A stretch of DNA of 64,000 nucleotides, taken from Bythopirellula sp. (GTDB lineage: Bacteria > Planctomycetota > Planctomycetia > Pirellulales > Lacipirellulaceae). Made by a program: the position numbers and the translations under genes. The notes below the pieces were generated by a model. It was given only the letters and a program-made list of their open reading frames with translations. It had not been told where the DNA came from and made no database searches. The stretch covers positions 1,664,001 to 1,728,000 of the forward strand of contig OZ244170.1 in NCBI GenBank assembly GCA_965216565.1, in the 5' to 3' direction. Positions 19,211 through 28,674 of this stretch are shown one piece after another. Each line of letters begins with the position of its first letter. Position 1 is the stretch's first letter.

Positions 19211-19918
19211 ATGTCCGAGACCATTCCCATTCCTGGCTTTGCCGATCCGGTGAGTAGCCTGACGCACTTGCTTGGCGCTGCGATCTTTGCAGTTCTTTCT
19301 GTGCCGCTCCTGTGGCGAGCCAGCCATTCTAAGGCAGCCCTGGCGAGCGAGGCCATTTTCTGTATCGGGGCGGTGTCTCTACTGGCCATCAGTGGGATTT
19401 ATCATTCCGTCAATCCAGATGGTGCTGCACGTCAGATACTTCGGCGACTTGATCACGCTGCGATCTTTATCCTAATCGCCGCCTCTTTTACTCCCGCCCA
19501 CATTATTCTCTTCCGCGGCTGGAAACGATGGGGAATTCTCTCCCTGGTTTGGCTGTTTGGACTAGTGGCGATGACTTGGAAAATGATCTACTTTGACGAG
19601 ATGTCTCGTGCGGTCGGGGTCTCTCTGTACCTGATTATGGGCTGGATCGGCACAGGCACTGGAATCTTGTTGTGGCAAAGCTTCGGCTTCCGTTTTATGT
19701 TGCCGATATTCTTGGGAGGCGTGGCGTACTCCATCGGTGCCATTTTACAAAATTTAGGCTGGCCGACGTTGGTGCCCGGTGTATTTCAAGCCCACGAGTT
19801 GTTCCACATCTTGGTACTCATCGCCCTGGGGATCCATTGGGCGTTCAACTACTCCATCGCCGATGGCATGCGAACAGCACCGGTGAAAACGCTAAACGCA
19901 AAGAAGCTCGCGGCTTAG
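19211..19918 (+). CDS. Hemolysin III / PAQR family membrane protein
   Basis: SSLTH, SGIYH, RRLDHAAIFILIAASFTP and HELFHILV motifs; about 7 TM. Likely ATG at 19211. Confidence 0.92.
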   Translation: MSETIPIPGFADPVSSLTHLLGAAIFAVLSVPLLWRASHSKAALASEAIFCIGAVSLLAISGIYHSVNPDGAARQILRRLDHAAIFILIAASFTPAHIILFRGWKRWGILSLVWLFGLVAMTWKMIYFDEMSRAVGVSLYLIMGWIGTGTGILLWQSFGFRFMLPIFLGGVAYSIGAILQNLGWPTLVPGVFQAHELFHILVLIALGIHWAFNYSIADGMRTAPVKTLNAKKLAA

Positions 19919-19989
19919 AATCTCTTAACACCTCTGAGCTAGCCGCGGGTAAGTTGCTCTAAGAGTAGCCAGATTTCATGCTGATGATT

Positions 19990-20117
19990 GCCGCAGAGAT
20001 CACGCCGCAGAGATCACAGAGGAGTGGCTTCTATTCCACAACCTACTTTTATGTTGGCCAATCGCATTCACAGACTCAAGACGCAGATCTCCGCCTCTCA
20101 GCGTGCCCTGCGTTTAC
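19990..20117. repeat. Degenerate REP-like inverted repeat with a 14-bp tandem duplication
   Basis: GCCGCAGAGATCAC x2 (19990-20017), with a degenerate complementary arm CTCTCAGCGTGCCCTGCG near 20095-20112. Confidence 0.5.
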
Positions 20118-20131
20118 CAGACCACCACTCC

Positions 20132-20563
20132 CTAGCTACCACCCGAGTTCTGCTCCGTAAATCTCTGCATCGCCTTCAGCGTTGCGGGGCTCACGTGGTG
20201 CTCGATGCCTTCGCTGTCGGTAGCGGCAATAGCGTCGCTCACGCCTAACGCTTTCAGAAAATCGAACACGATCTGGTGCCGTTCGTGGCAGGCCTTGGCC
20301 AAGCGTCGTCCGGCATCGGTGAGTTCCAGCGGGCCGTAAGGATCGGTCTGCACAAAGCCATCGCGTTGCAGACGCCCCACGGTACGGTTGACCGTGACAT
20401 GGGTGACCTGGAACTGCTTCACGAGATCTACCGCCCGGCAGGTACCCTGCTCGTCGATGATCTCGGCAATGGCCTCGACGTAATCCTCAGCCAGTTCGGT
20501 CGCGTGATCCGACCGAGTCCGAGAATGTTGATTTTGCCTCGATTTAGCTGATTTCACGTTCAC
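20132..20563 (-). CDS. mntR: Manganese-dependent transcriptional regulator (DtxR/MntR family)
   Basis: EDYVEAI, HTH, RHQIVFDFL and DSEGIEHHVS (metal site). Short E. coli MntR-like form with no FeoA domain. Confidence 0.92.
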   Translation of the reverse strand: MNVKSAKSRQNQHSRTRSDHATELAEDYVEAIAEIIDEQGTCRAVDLVKQFQVTHVTVNRTVGRLQRDGFVQTDPYGPLELTDAGRRLAKACHERHQIVFDFLKALGVSDAIAATDSEGIEHHVSPATLKAMQRFTEQNSGGS

Positions 20564-20688
20564 TGTCCTTCGCTTCTACCTGCTCGAAACTTATTGTAGC
20601 TACTCCCACAGAATTCGCGAGTTGCACAGTATTCCCGGAATTCTGGCCCCTCAGCAGAGAAGATTCCGCAAAGATCGCTTCAACCCCC

Positions 20689-20716
20689 TTGCATCAATTG
20701 TAGCCACGGCTACAAT
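20689..20716 (+). promoter_or_regulatory. Sigma70-type promoter for the DUF1559 gene
   Basis: TTGCAT (20689-20694), 16-bp spacer, TACAAT (20711-20716); overlapped by the palindrome below. Confidence 0.6.
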
Positions 20717-20717
20717 T
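20696..20717. promoter_or_regulatory. Putative MntR operator (perfect 10-2-10 palindrome)
   Basis: AATTGTAGCC-AC-GGCTACAATT has the TAGC-N4-GCTA core of the enterobacterial MntR box and lies next to mntR. Confidence 0.75.
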
Positions 20718-20723
20718 AGGTCG

Positions 20724-20745
20724 AAACTTAGCATCGGCTAAACCT
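20724..20745. promoter_or_regulatory. Second putative MntR operator
   Basis: AAACTTAGC-ATCG-GCTAAACCT has the same TAGC-N4-GCTA core, 28 bp downstream of the first box. Confidence 0.6.
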
Positions 20746-20785
20746 TGCAGTTCTGTCCACGTCCCCTCGCTATTTCAGAGATTAG

Positions 20786-21850
20786 ATGAAAAAAAATAAC
20801 GGTTTTACCCTAGTTGAACTATTGGTGGTCATCTCGATTATCGGGGTGCTCATTGCGTTGCTCTTGCCAGCGGTGCAGTCGGCCCGGGAAGCGGCTCGAC
20901 GTATGTCGTGCGGAAACAACCTCAAGCAGATGGGACTCGCCATGCAAGGCTACCATGCCGCCATGGGCCGATTCCCCTCGGGTTACGAGTCGCATCCTAC
21001 GAGTGACGGCAACGTGCCTGCGGGAGTTGTGATCGACAGTTCCACTTGGGATGCGGGCCCGGGCTGGGGCTGGGGTGCCCAGATCCTCGACTATGTCGAG
21101 CAAAACACCATTTCCCTAGGCATTCATGCGAAGGAGCCCATCTGGGAGCCAGACCACGCGGCACTGATCGCTGCCTCGCCGCAGTTGTTCCTGTGTCCCT
21201 CAGCCAGCGGCGACCAGCTGCCATTTGCCATTAAGGACGAATCAGGCGAACCGCTCCAGATCGCGGGCAGCGAGATCATTGTAGGTCGCTCCAATTACGT
21301 CGCCAGCCACGGCCAAGAGTCTTGCTGGGGAGAGTGTGGGGCGATGACCACAGGTACCGTGTTCACAGATATTTACACCAAGGAGACTAAGGTCATCGAT
21401 ATCCACGGCGATGTCTCGCTCGTCGCAGATGGACCTTTCTATCGGAATTCTAGAACCTCTATCAAGGAAATTACCGACGGAACTTCCTTCACCATTTTTC
21501 TGGGCGAACACTCTTCGCTTCTGAGTGAGAAAACTTGGGTGGGAGTCGTGCCCGGGTCGTTCACGCATCCAAACTTTACCTCTCCCGAAAATGGTCCCGA
21601 CGCGGCAGCCACCTATGTGCTGGTTCATGCCGGTCCTTCCGGCGGCGAGCTCGACATTACCGGCGAACCAATTATCCATCCCATCAATTTCCCCACCTAC
21701 CACGTCGGCCAAATGTTCTCCGAGCATCCCGGTGGTGGACAGGTTGGCTTTGGTGATGGGTCAACACGTTTTGTCTCAGACAATATCGATCTAATCTTGT
21801 TTGCCGAGCTCTCCAGCATTGCCGAAAGGGAACTGATTGAGGACTTCTAA
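20786..21850 (+). CDS. DUF1559 (prepilin-type N-terminal cleavage/methylation, H-X9-DG) protein
   Basis: GFTLVELLVVISIIGVLIALLLPAVQSAREAARRMSCGNNLKQ, ITDGTSFT and HPGGGQVGFGDGS (H-X9-DG). Confidence 0.96.
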   Translation: MKKNNGFTLVELLVVISIIGVLIALLLPAVQSAREAARRMSCGNNLKQMGLAMQGYHAAMGRFPSGYESHPTSDGNVPAGVVIDSSTWDAGPGWGWGAQILDYVEQNTISLGIHAKEPIWEPDHAALIAASPQLFLCPSASGDQLPFAIKDESGEPLQIAGSEIIVGRSNYVASHGQESCWGECGAMTTGTVFTDIYTKETKVIDIHGDVSLVADGPFYRNSRTSIKEITDGTSFTIFLGEHSSLLSEKTWVGVVPGSFTHPNFTSPENGPDAAATYVLVHAGPSGGELDITGEPIIHPINFPTYHVGQMFSEHPGGGQVGFGDGSTRFVSDNIDLILFAELSSIAERELIEDF

Positions 21851-22172
21851 ATTGTTACCTGGCAAGATTCACTTCCGATATGCGTCTTATTTCGTGCTTT
21901 CGATGATTTTCATCGGCTGTAGCGATTACCCTGAGTTTAGCTCCAAGGCGTACGATATTTCGTCAGCCCTGTACTCCACATGCCGACGGGAAAACGCAGA
22001 GAATCTCGGTGAGATTTCTGCACTCACGAAGTCTGCGTTGGAAAACTCCGAGATCACGGCTCGTGAAGCAGCCTGGATCGAAGCGATTATTGCTCAGGCC
22101 GAAGCGGGTGACTGGGAAGACGCCGCTGAAGAAGCTCGATCTATTCTCGAAGCCCAGGTCACCGGACGATAG
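21837..22172 (+). CDS. Small putative lipoprotein
   Basis: Overlaps the DUF1559 stop. Hydrophobic stretch ending in lipobox-like FIGC, then a helical acidic domain. Start is uncertain. Confidence 0.7.
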   Translation: MRTSKLLPGKIHFRYASYFVLSMIFIGCSDYPEFSSKAYDISSALYSTCRRENAENLGEISALTKSALENSEITAREAAWIEAIIAQAEAGDWEDAAEEARSILEAQVTGR

Positions 22173-22287
22173 TGCTTGTTCTCTGCCGATTGACTTAGCA
22201 CCGCTTCATCTAAGGGGCAGTACGACTGATCTCCTGCGCCGGATGCGGACTGGCGCGATGTTGCTAGAAGCAGTTTCAATACCAATG

Positions 22288-22366
22288 AGCCGAACGCGCT
22301 AGCGTCGGGTAGTATCAGAACAACTCCTAGACTTACGCTACCCGCGGCTAGCGCCATCGGCACACA
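22288..22366. repeat. REP-like inverted repeat pair
   Basis: GAGCCGAACGCGCTAGCGTCGGGTAG ... CTACCCGCGGCTAGCGCCATCGGCAC are imperfect inverted arms. Confidence 0.5.
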
Positions 22367-22499
22367 TAGAACTGTTTTCGGGTTTTTGAAACAGGTTCTA
22401 GTGACTTGCCCCTCAGCTTAACTGCTTGATAATGAGTGGGGAGTCGCTGCGCGTCCTCCGTTAACAAACCCTTATCTATGTGGAAAGCACAGGCACTCG

Positions 22500-24266
22500 A
22501 TGGATAAGTCAGTTCGAATTCAGCCACGGCAAAGAACGCTCGTCCCGCGCCGTACTGCGTACATACTACTTTTAACTGGTGTGTTTGCAGTCTTCGGTCA
22601 TCCACTCGGCCAAGCAGAAGAGATTCTGGACTATCTCCCCGAGGATGCGCTGGGATTTATCGTCGTTCGAGATTTGGGCGAGTCGAGCGAACGAATCCAA
22701 AAATTGGCAATGTCTGCCCGAGTGCCACTCCCCGGACCGCTCGGCTATTTCAAGTACACCTCCGGCATCGCAGCCGGCCTGGATGAAAAGGGCGATCTGC
22801 TGGTGGCTCTGATCCCAGGCTCTCGCGCGAACGATCCTCCGGAGCCTATGGTATTGCTGCCAATCGATAACTACGACGAGTTTTCTGCTAGCGTCAAAGC
22901 CGATCCCAGTGGAAAGGTGAGCAGTGCAAGGATCGCTGATGAAAAAGTTTTGGTTGCCAAGCAGGGATCATTTGCGATGGTGATGAACGAGGAACACCGC
23001 GAATCGTTGGAGCTCATTACTTCTCTTGAACCGAGTCCAATAGAAATCTTGAGTCCCTGGACCGACTGGCTTTTGGAGCAGCATCTAGCGCTTATAGTCA
23101 TGCCTGAGGGGAAGGATTGGCTTCGCGAATCGAGCCAGGATTTCTTTCTCCGGCCCCGCACCAGCTTACCGAAGGGAATCCTGAGGAATCCGGAAATTGC
23201 GGGACTACTTGGCCAAATAAAGCAAGGTTCTCGCGCCTATCAGGCGATCTTTGAAGGCCTCTCTTCAGAGATTGAACTGGCTGGCTATGGACTCGCAATC
23301 GACAAACACGCAAACGTACGCTTCGGCAAGCGCGCCATCCTCAAAAGTGATTTCCACCTGGAAACACAAACTAAAGCCGAGGAACAATTACTTGGCTTCG
23401 CCGATCAGCCATTTATGTTCGCAGGTGGATCAGCAATACCTAAAGGCGCTCTCGAAAAGTTGATTCGCGGCTACTTCCGCGTCCAACAGCAGGCTCCTGA
23501 TCTTTGGGATCTAGAAGATTTGCCAGCCGACCAATGGCAAGCCCACGAAGATGCCACAGTAGACGTTGCTGGACGTATCGAGTCCGTTCGATTCTTGGTG
23601 CTACCTGGAAAGGAGGACGAGCCGTTACTTAGCAATTTCCTGGGGATCCTCCAAGTCAGCGACTCAGCCGACTTCTTAGAGTCCTACGAGAAGCAAGTTG
23701 AAGTCCGCAACCAGATCCTGGCACAAAGCAATAGCGACATATCGCTCCAGTACGAAGTCAGCAAAACCACAGTCGAAGAGCGATCGGCACTTGCCGAGAC
23801 TTTGGATGTCGCCACAGCCGTGGCAGATCCAGATGTCCCGATTCTGAATTGGATGATTGAGGCTATGCTGGGGGAAGACGGCAAGTTGGATATTTATTGG
23901 GTTGCAGCAGATCAAAACCACGTAGTATTCGGAATATCCGACCGGGAAGATATCGTGAACTTATTGAAGCTCACGAAGTCCTCAGAAACGGGTTTGCATG
24001 CGTCGCAGCAACTAGCAACTACTCGCGACCTAATGCCTGGCAAGTCGGTTGGTCAGGGGTTCGTCAGCCCGCATGGCTGTGCTTTATGGGTGAATCGTGT
24101 ATTCGATGAATTGATTGAACCGGTATTCGGTCATCCTGGACCCGAATTCACACTATCCGATTCGCCACCGATTGGCTTCAGTCTGGAGTTTCCCAAGCAC
24201 CAGATCAACGCAGAGATCGTGTGGCCGGTAGAGTTGACGAAGTCGCTCGTGAAAAAGTCTGACTAG
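22500..24266 (+). CDS. Secreted hypothetical protein (planctomycete type)
   Basis: 588-aa ORF with a signal-like segment ending LGQA, then LDYLPEDALGFIVV. Confidence 0.75.
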   Translation: MDKSVRIQPRQRTLVPRRTAYILLLTGVFAVFGHPLGQAEEILDYLPEDALGFIVVRDLGESSERIQKLAMSARVPLPGPLGYFKYTSGIAAGLDEKGDLLVALIPGSRANDPPEPMVLLPIDNYDEFSASVKADPSGKVSSARIADEKVLVAKQGSFAMVMNEEHRESLELITSLEPSPIEILSPWTDWLLEQHLALIVMPEGKDWLRESSQDFFLRPRTSLPKGILRNPEIAGLLGQIKQGSRAYQAIFEGLSSEIELAGYGLAIDKHANVRFGKRAILKSDFHLETQTKAEEQLLGFADQPFMFAGGSAIPKGALEKLIRGYFRVQQQAPDLWDLEDLPADQWQAHEDATVDVAGRIESVRFLVLPGKEDEPLLSNFLGILQVSDSADFLESYEKQVEVRNQILAQSNSDISLQYEVSKTTVEERSALAETLDVATAVADPDVPILNWMIEAMLGEDGKLDIYWVAADQNHVVFGISDREDIVNLLKLTKSSETGLHASQQLATTRDLMPGKSVGQGFVSPHGCALWVNRVFDELIEPVFGHPGPEFTLSDSPPIGFSLEFPKHQINAEIVWPVELTKSLVKKSD

Positions 24267-24314
24267 CTCGTCGATCCTCGCGTCTTCTAGTTGCTTTAGC
24301 ATTAACCCCAGCGA

Positions 24315-25496
24315 TCAACATCGGAGCCCTTGGAGCCAAACTCCTATCGGGGCATCCTCACCGTGAACGATCTCCTGACAGGGGTCCTGAGAATTGCAAG
24401 CTAGAGCAGTGAAATTTGCAATCTTACCGGGCGAAATGCTACCCGTCTGGTTTCCGCGACCCAGCGCCTTTGCCCCCGAGAGGGTCGCCATACGGACAAT
24501 TTGCTCCGGCGGCACTCTAAGACGATCAGCTACGAATTGCATTTCTCCTAAAAGAGACAAGTCAGGATTGGAAGCGCGACTATCCGTCCCTAAGGCCACA
24601 TGCACTCCAGCGGCAAGTAGTTTTGTGAGTGGATACGCTTCATGTTCGAAGTAGGCATGTGTTCGGGGACAGTACACCAGCGACATTCGATCGGAGTTTG
24701 CAGCAAGAAACGTCAGCTCTTCGTCGCTGAGATAGTTGCCATGGATTACCAGGGCTCGTGAGGCTCGGCTCAACGCCTGCAAATAGCCGAGCGGCTTTGT
24801 CCCTCGAGAGATCGCTTTATCATCCCACATGCTGCGTTCTTCCAACAGTTCGTAGAAGCCGCCTGTGCCTTGTTCGAGAAGCTCCAGCTCTTGCTGTGAT
24901 TCTGCCAAGTGCATGGCCATGGGTAATTTTCTACGCGCTGCTTCGTCAATCAATTTATCCAACAGCTGCGGATGCACTGTGTACGGGGCATGCGGACTGA
25001 CTCCCGCTGAACCAGATTTTTCTATGCGTTCCAGCGCTTCTGCAAAAGCCGAGTCGACTCGTCCTGAAGAAAAACCAATGACCTCTTGGAAATCAAGGAT
25101 CTCCGGGACATCTTGCGGTGCGTGACTAACAGAAGTTGCGATGTTGCCAATTAGCGTGACGCCCCAGCGCAGACTCTCCTGCAAACCCTTTAGAATATTC
25201 TGTGCTACGTTCTTCGAGCTCTGCTTGCGCTCGTTGATAACCAGTCGAATCCAGTCTGGGAGCGGCATCCCTGGTCGGCCTAAAGGACTTTCGAGATCGC
25301 TGAACTCCAGGTGCGTGTGGGCATTCACTAAGCCTGGCAACAATGCCACGTCGCCCAGGTCTTCAATCGGACCGGTTGCAATGGCATTGTCATTCACTGC
25401 GACGATCAAACCGTTTTCGATCGTCACCACGCCGCCAGAAATGGGCTGGCCCTCGACAGGCACCACCCAGCGGGCTTTCAGGCTGAATCTATCCAT
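24315..25496 (-). CDS. Amidohydrolase, likely aminodeoxyfutalosine deaminase
   Basis: PGLVNAHTHLEFS, SPHAPYTV, MHLAES and LGTDSRASN motifs; co-directional with mqnA and mqnC. Confidence 0.75.
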   Translation of the reverse strand: MDRFSLKARWVVPVEGQPISGGVVTIENGLIVAVNDNAIATGPIEDLGDVALLPGLVNAHTHLEFSDLESPLGRPGMPLPDWIRLVINERKQSSKNVAQNILKGLQESLRWGVTLIGNIATSVSHAPQDVPEILDFQEVIGFSSGRVDSAFAEALERIEKSGSAGVSPHAPYTVHPQLLDKLIDEAARRKLPMAMHLAESQQELELLEQGTGGFYELLEERSMWDDKAISRGTKPLGYLQALSRASRALVIHGNYLSDEELTFLAANSDRMSLVYCPRTHAYFEHEAYPLTKLLAAGVHVALGTDSRASNPDLSLLGEMQFVADRLRVPPEQIVRMATLSGAKALGRGNQTGSISPGKIANFTALACNSQDPCQEIVHGEDAPIGVWLQGLRC

Positions 25497-25516
25497 GATG
25501 CAACCTCACTCTATCG

Positions 25517-27772
25517 TCAGGCCCCTGCCAATTGCTGTTCGCGCACTTCGTTGAGCTGTTCCTCGGCTGTTCGCCGATAGGGAATACGGTGCAGCCACCA
25601 ACACAGCATGGCAGCGCCAATTAGACAAGCAACCATCACACCGGGCTGGAACAATGTATCGCCATCCGGATCAAACAACCAACTCCATTGGGCAGTAGCT
25701 TCCTCGGTGAGCTCACTTATGCCAACGGCCAAACCGTTATAGATCGCGTGAAATACGATGCAAGGGAGCAGACTGCCCGTCTGAACTGCCAGGAAACCGA
25801 GTATCATGCCCACCGCTGCCGCGGATATTTTTTGCTGAAGGAAGAAGTGAACCATACCAAACGCAACCGCCGAGATTCCAATGGCCCACCACTTATGCCC
25901 TGTGTGCCGCAGCCCCGAAAGAATAAATCCACGGAAGGCAAGCTCCTCACACACTGCTGGCAGCACAGCAATCAACAAATACGGCAACCAAGCGTACGGG
26001 GCACTATCAATCGCCCCCGATAACTCCGCCATCTGCAACTCGACTTCCTCAGTGACGGGATAGAGCTGCTTGACTAGTTCCGAGAACTGCAAGCCCAACG
26101 GGAATACAAGCACCGCCAACATTGCGGCGATCCCTACGTGGGCCAGCTTTGGACGACGATCGAGCAGCAACGTCTGGGCCGGACTTCTGACAAAGAGCAG
26201 CGTCATCAATAGCACTGGAAATGAAATGCACGCAATTTGGCTGACAGTCACTGATTGGACGAAGTAAGCGAAGTCGATGCTTTCGATGGTCTGCGTAGAA
26301 AGTGCCAAATTGACGAAGAATTGGATGATTAAGATTAACGCTACGCACAATAGAGCTTGGGCGAACGTTGGCGTGTCTTGACGATCACGCACCAAATGCA
26401 TGAGCCAACGTCCCAAGTCGAGTCGCTCGCTTTCACGGAACAGGACCGATTCGCGGTTGAAAAGCTCTTCCACCCAGCGAATTGCCAACAGGCAGCACAT
26501 CAATGTGACTCCCACCACCGGCACAACGTATGGCAATGCCTGTATGTATTGGCCTTCTATCACCGAACGCAGCAACAACACGATACCGGTCACGGGAATT
26601 AGACTATTGCCAAGCGTTAATTCCACGCCGGGCGACATTGTCAGAAACATTAGCGGCATGATCACCACTAGCAGAGGCATCAAGTAATATTGACCTTCTT
26701 TCGTACTGCGTGCGAATACCGCAAACGCCAGGCACAAGGCACTGAACAGAGCAGCCACGGGCAGCAAAGCCACCGACAGCCACAGCAAAGCCGACATAGG
26801 CGGCAGCGAAAGCCCCCCTTCGCCGGCGAACGCTTGCACCTGGTTCAACTTATCCATGACGAACATGCCAGTGACGCCTAGACTCGCCAAATTCATCATT
26901 GCGGTAGCAACGCTAAATGTCATCACAGTCAGCAGCTTGCCCCAGGCAATCTCTCTTCGCTGAGCAGGACTGGTTAGCAGGGTTTCGAGGGTGCCTCGTT
27001 CCTTCTCCCCGGCACATAGATCAACGGCCGGGTAGAAGGCCCCCGTTAGCGCCCACAGAAAGATAAGGAACGGCAGGATCTTCGACCACATTGCCGCAGT
27101 GCGTTGCTCTTTCTTGGCCACGTCTTTCGGCTTGACCTCAAACGGCCGAGTGGCCACCAAAGGCACGTTACCGGCGCGTAGGTTGTTACGCATCACCTGG
27201 CCCCTCCAGCGAGCCAAGACGCGTTCGACCCGAAGCTGCGTGAGACGCGATTTTTCGTTCGCCGAATTGTAGAAGAGTTGCGGCGCCGGCAAGGCAGACT
27301 CTGCATCTATCTCTGCACTTTGATCTCTGTCGACCAACGACTGACGAGCTAGTTCTAATCGTTCTCCAAAGCCCTCAGGGAAATAAAGCACTACTTGCGC
27401 CTCACCAGCGGCAAGCCGTTGCCTGGCTTGTTCCAGTGTCAGTTTCTCTAGAGCAGCCCCCTCTTCTTTGCTCTCTAGCGTGGTCGCTAATTCTAAATTG
27501 TCTCGCTCGATAGGCTCATCGAACAATTTAGGGTGAAACTGACTCTCTCGCATCAACGGGGGGAGCCAGTCGTGGTCGGCAAGCTCATCTTCCCCGACGA
27601 CCAACACTTTCGCAGCAGTGTCGCTCAAGAATTGCGAAAGCTGAAAGATGGTCATACCCATCAGCGGATACAGAAGCACCGGCACTACAGCGATCAGCAC
27701 CAACGTCCGACGATCGCGCAGCTGATCTCGCATCTCGCGAGAGAATATTAGTTTGACGTTGTTCCAGTTCAT
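25517..27772 (-). CDS. NatB-like ABC-2 permease fused to a CPBP (Abi/CAAX) intramembrane metalloprotease
   Basis: REMRDQLRDRRT and AGEKERGTLETLL (ABC-2); C-terminal EELAFRG, FGMVH and FHAIYN (CPBP). Confidence 0.9.
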   Translation of the reverse strand: MNWNNVKLIFSREMRDQLRDRRTLVLIAVVPVLLYPLMGMTIFQLSQFLSDTAAKVLVVGEDELADHDWLPPLMRESQFHPKLFDEPIERDNLELATTLESKEEGAALEKLTLEQARQRLAAGEAQVVLYFPEGFGERLELARQSLVDRDQSAEIDAESALPAPQLFYNSANEKSRLTQLRVERVLARWRGQVMRNNLRAGNVPLVATRPFEVKPKDVAKKEQRTAAMWSKILPFLIFLWALTGAFYPAVDLCAGEKERGTLETLLTSPAQRREIAWGKLLTVMTFSVATAMMNLASLGVTGMFVMDKLNQVQAFAGEGGLSLPPMSALLWLSVALLPVAALFSALCLAFAVFARSTKEGQYYLMPLLVVIMPLMFLTMSPGVELTLGNSLIPVTGIVLLLRSVIEGQYIQALPYVVPVVGVTLMCCLLAIRWVEELFNRESVLFRESERLDLGRWLMHLVRDRQDTPTFAQALLCVALILIIQFFVNLALSTQTIESIDFAYFVQSVTVSQIACISFPVLLMTLLFVRSPAQTLLLDRRPKLAHVGIAAMLAVLVFPLGLQFSELVKQLYPVTEEVELQMAELSGAIDSAPYAWLPYLLIAVLPAVCEELAFRGFILSGLRHTGHKWWAIGISAVAFGMVHFFLQQKISAAAVGMILGFLAVQTGSLLPCIVFHAIYNGLAVGISELTEEATAQWSWLFDPDGDTLFQPGVMVACLIGAAMLCWWLHRIPYRRTAEEQLNEVREQQLAGA

Positions 27773-27806
27773 AGGCTTAATCTGTCGCCTGTAGTATTCT
27801 CAAAGT

Positions 27807-28562
27807 CTATTGATCAACTGCCTGCAGTTCCCGCTCGCGGATCATTTCGAAGAAAACATCTTCTAAGTCTTGATGGCCGTATTGTTCGCGAAGCGTGTCG
27901 AGTGTGCCTTCAGCAAGAATCTTGCCTTCGTGCATAATCGCAACCCGATCGCAAAGTCGCTCTGCTTCTCGCATGATGTGCGTAGAAAACACAATACATT
28001 TCCCCTGATCGCGAAGCTCCGCCACCGTGTCGAGGAGCGCGCGAGCCACCAGCACGTCGAGCCCACTGGTGGCCTCGTCGAATATCAGCACGGGGGGATC
28101 GTGCACGATTGCCCGGGCGATAGAAACCTTTTGCTTCATGCCGGTAGACATCTTGGCCCCCAGCAAGTCGCGAATTTTCTGCATTTGCAAACGCTCGAAC
28201 AAATCTTCCATGCGGTCGCGCAGCTGGTCTTGTTCCATCCCGTAGAGTCGGCCAAAGTACTCCACCATTTCCCAGGCAGTCATGCGGTCGTAAACGGCCG
28301 TATTGGCTGACATAAATCCGATATGGTGACGAACCAGGTCGGGCTGTGTGACGCAGTCGAAGCCATTCACCACAGCCGAACCACTGGTTGGCTGGAGCAC
28401 CGTGCTGAGAATCCGCAGGGCCGTGGTTTTGCCAGCTCCGTTGGGACCCAACAGACCAAACACCTCACCTGCCTGGGCCTGAAAACTGAGCCCATCGAGT
28501 GCGACAAACTGGCCTCGCCGTAAATCTTCGTAGACCTTAGTCAGTTGGCATGTTTCTATCAT
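27807..28562 (-). CDS. ABC transporter ATP-binding protein (NatA-like)
   Basis: [27 protein letters not shown] and STH motifs. Confidence 0.94.
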   Translation of the reverse strand: MIETCQLTKVYEDLRRGQFVALDGLSFQAQAGEVFGLLGPNGAGKTTALRILSTVLQPTSGSAVVNGFDCVTQPDLVRHHIGFMSANTAVYDRMTAWEMVEYFGRLYGMEQDQLRDRMEDLFERLQMQKIRDLLGAKMSTGMKQKVSIARAIVHDPPVLIFDEATSGLDVLVARALLDTVAELRDQGKCIVFSTHIMREAERLCDRVAIMHEGKILAEGTLDTLREQYGHQDLEDVFFEMIRERELQAVDQ

Positions 28563-28674
28563 GAATGCTTGGCAAGGCTAAGGGCGGGGCGGAGGGTAAA
28601 GAGACCTGCAGATTACAAAGGTGCCCTACTTGCAGGATATCAAGCCACCACAGATTTGCGAAGCTAGATCGCCT

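Noticed and set aside
22430..22500. yybP-ykoY manganese riboswitch (GGGGAGTCGC resembles GGGGAGTAGC) near mntR
   Set aside because: The downstream conserved elements and the closing GAGACC stem were not found.
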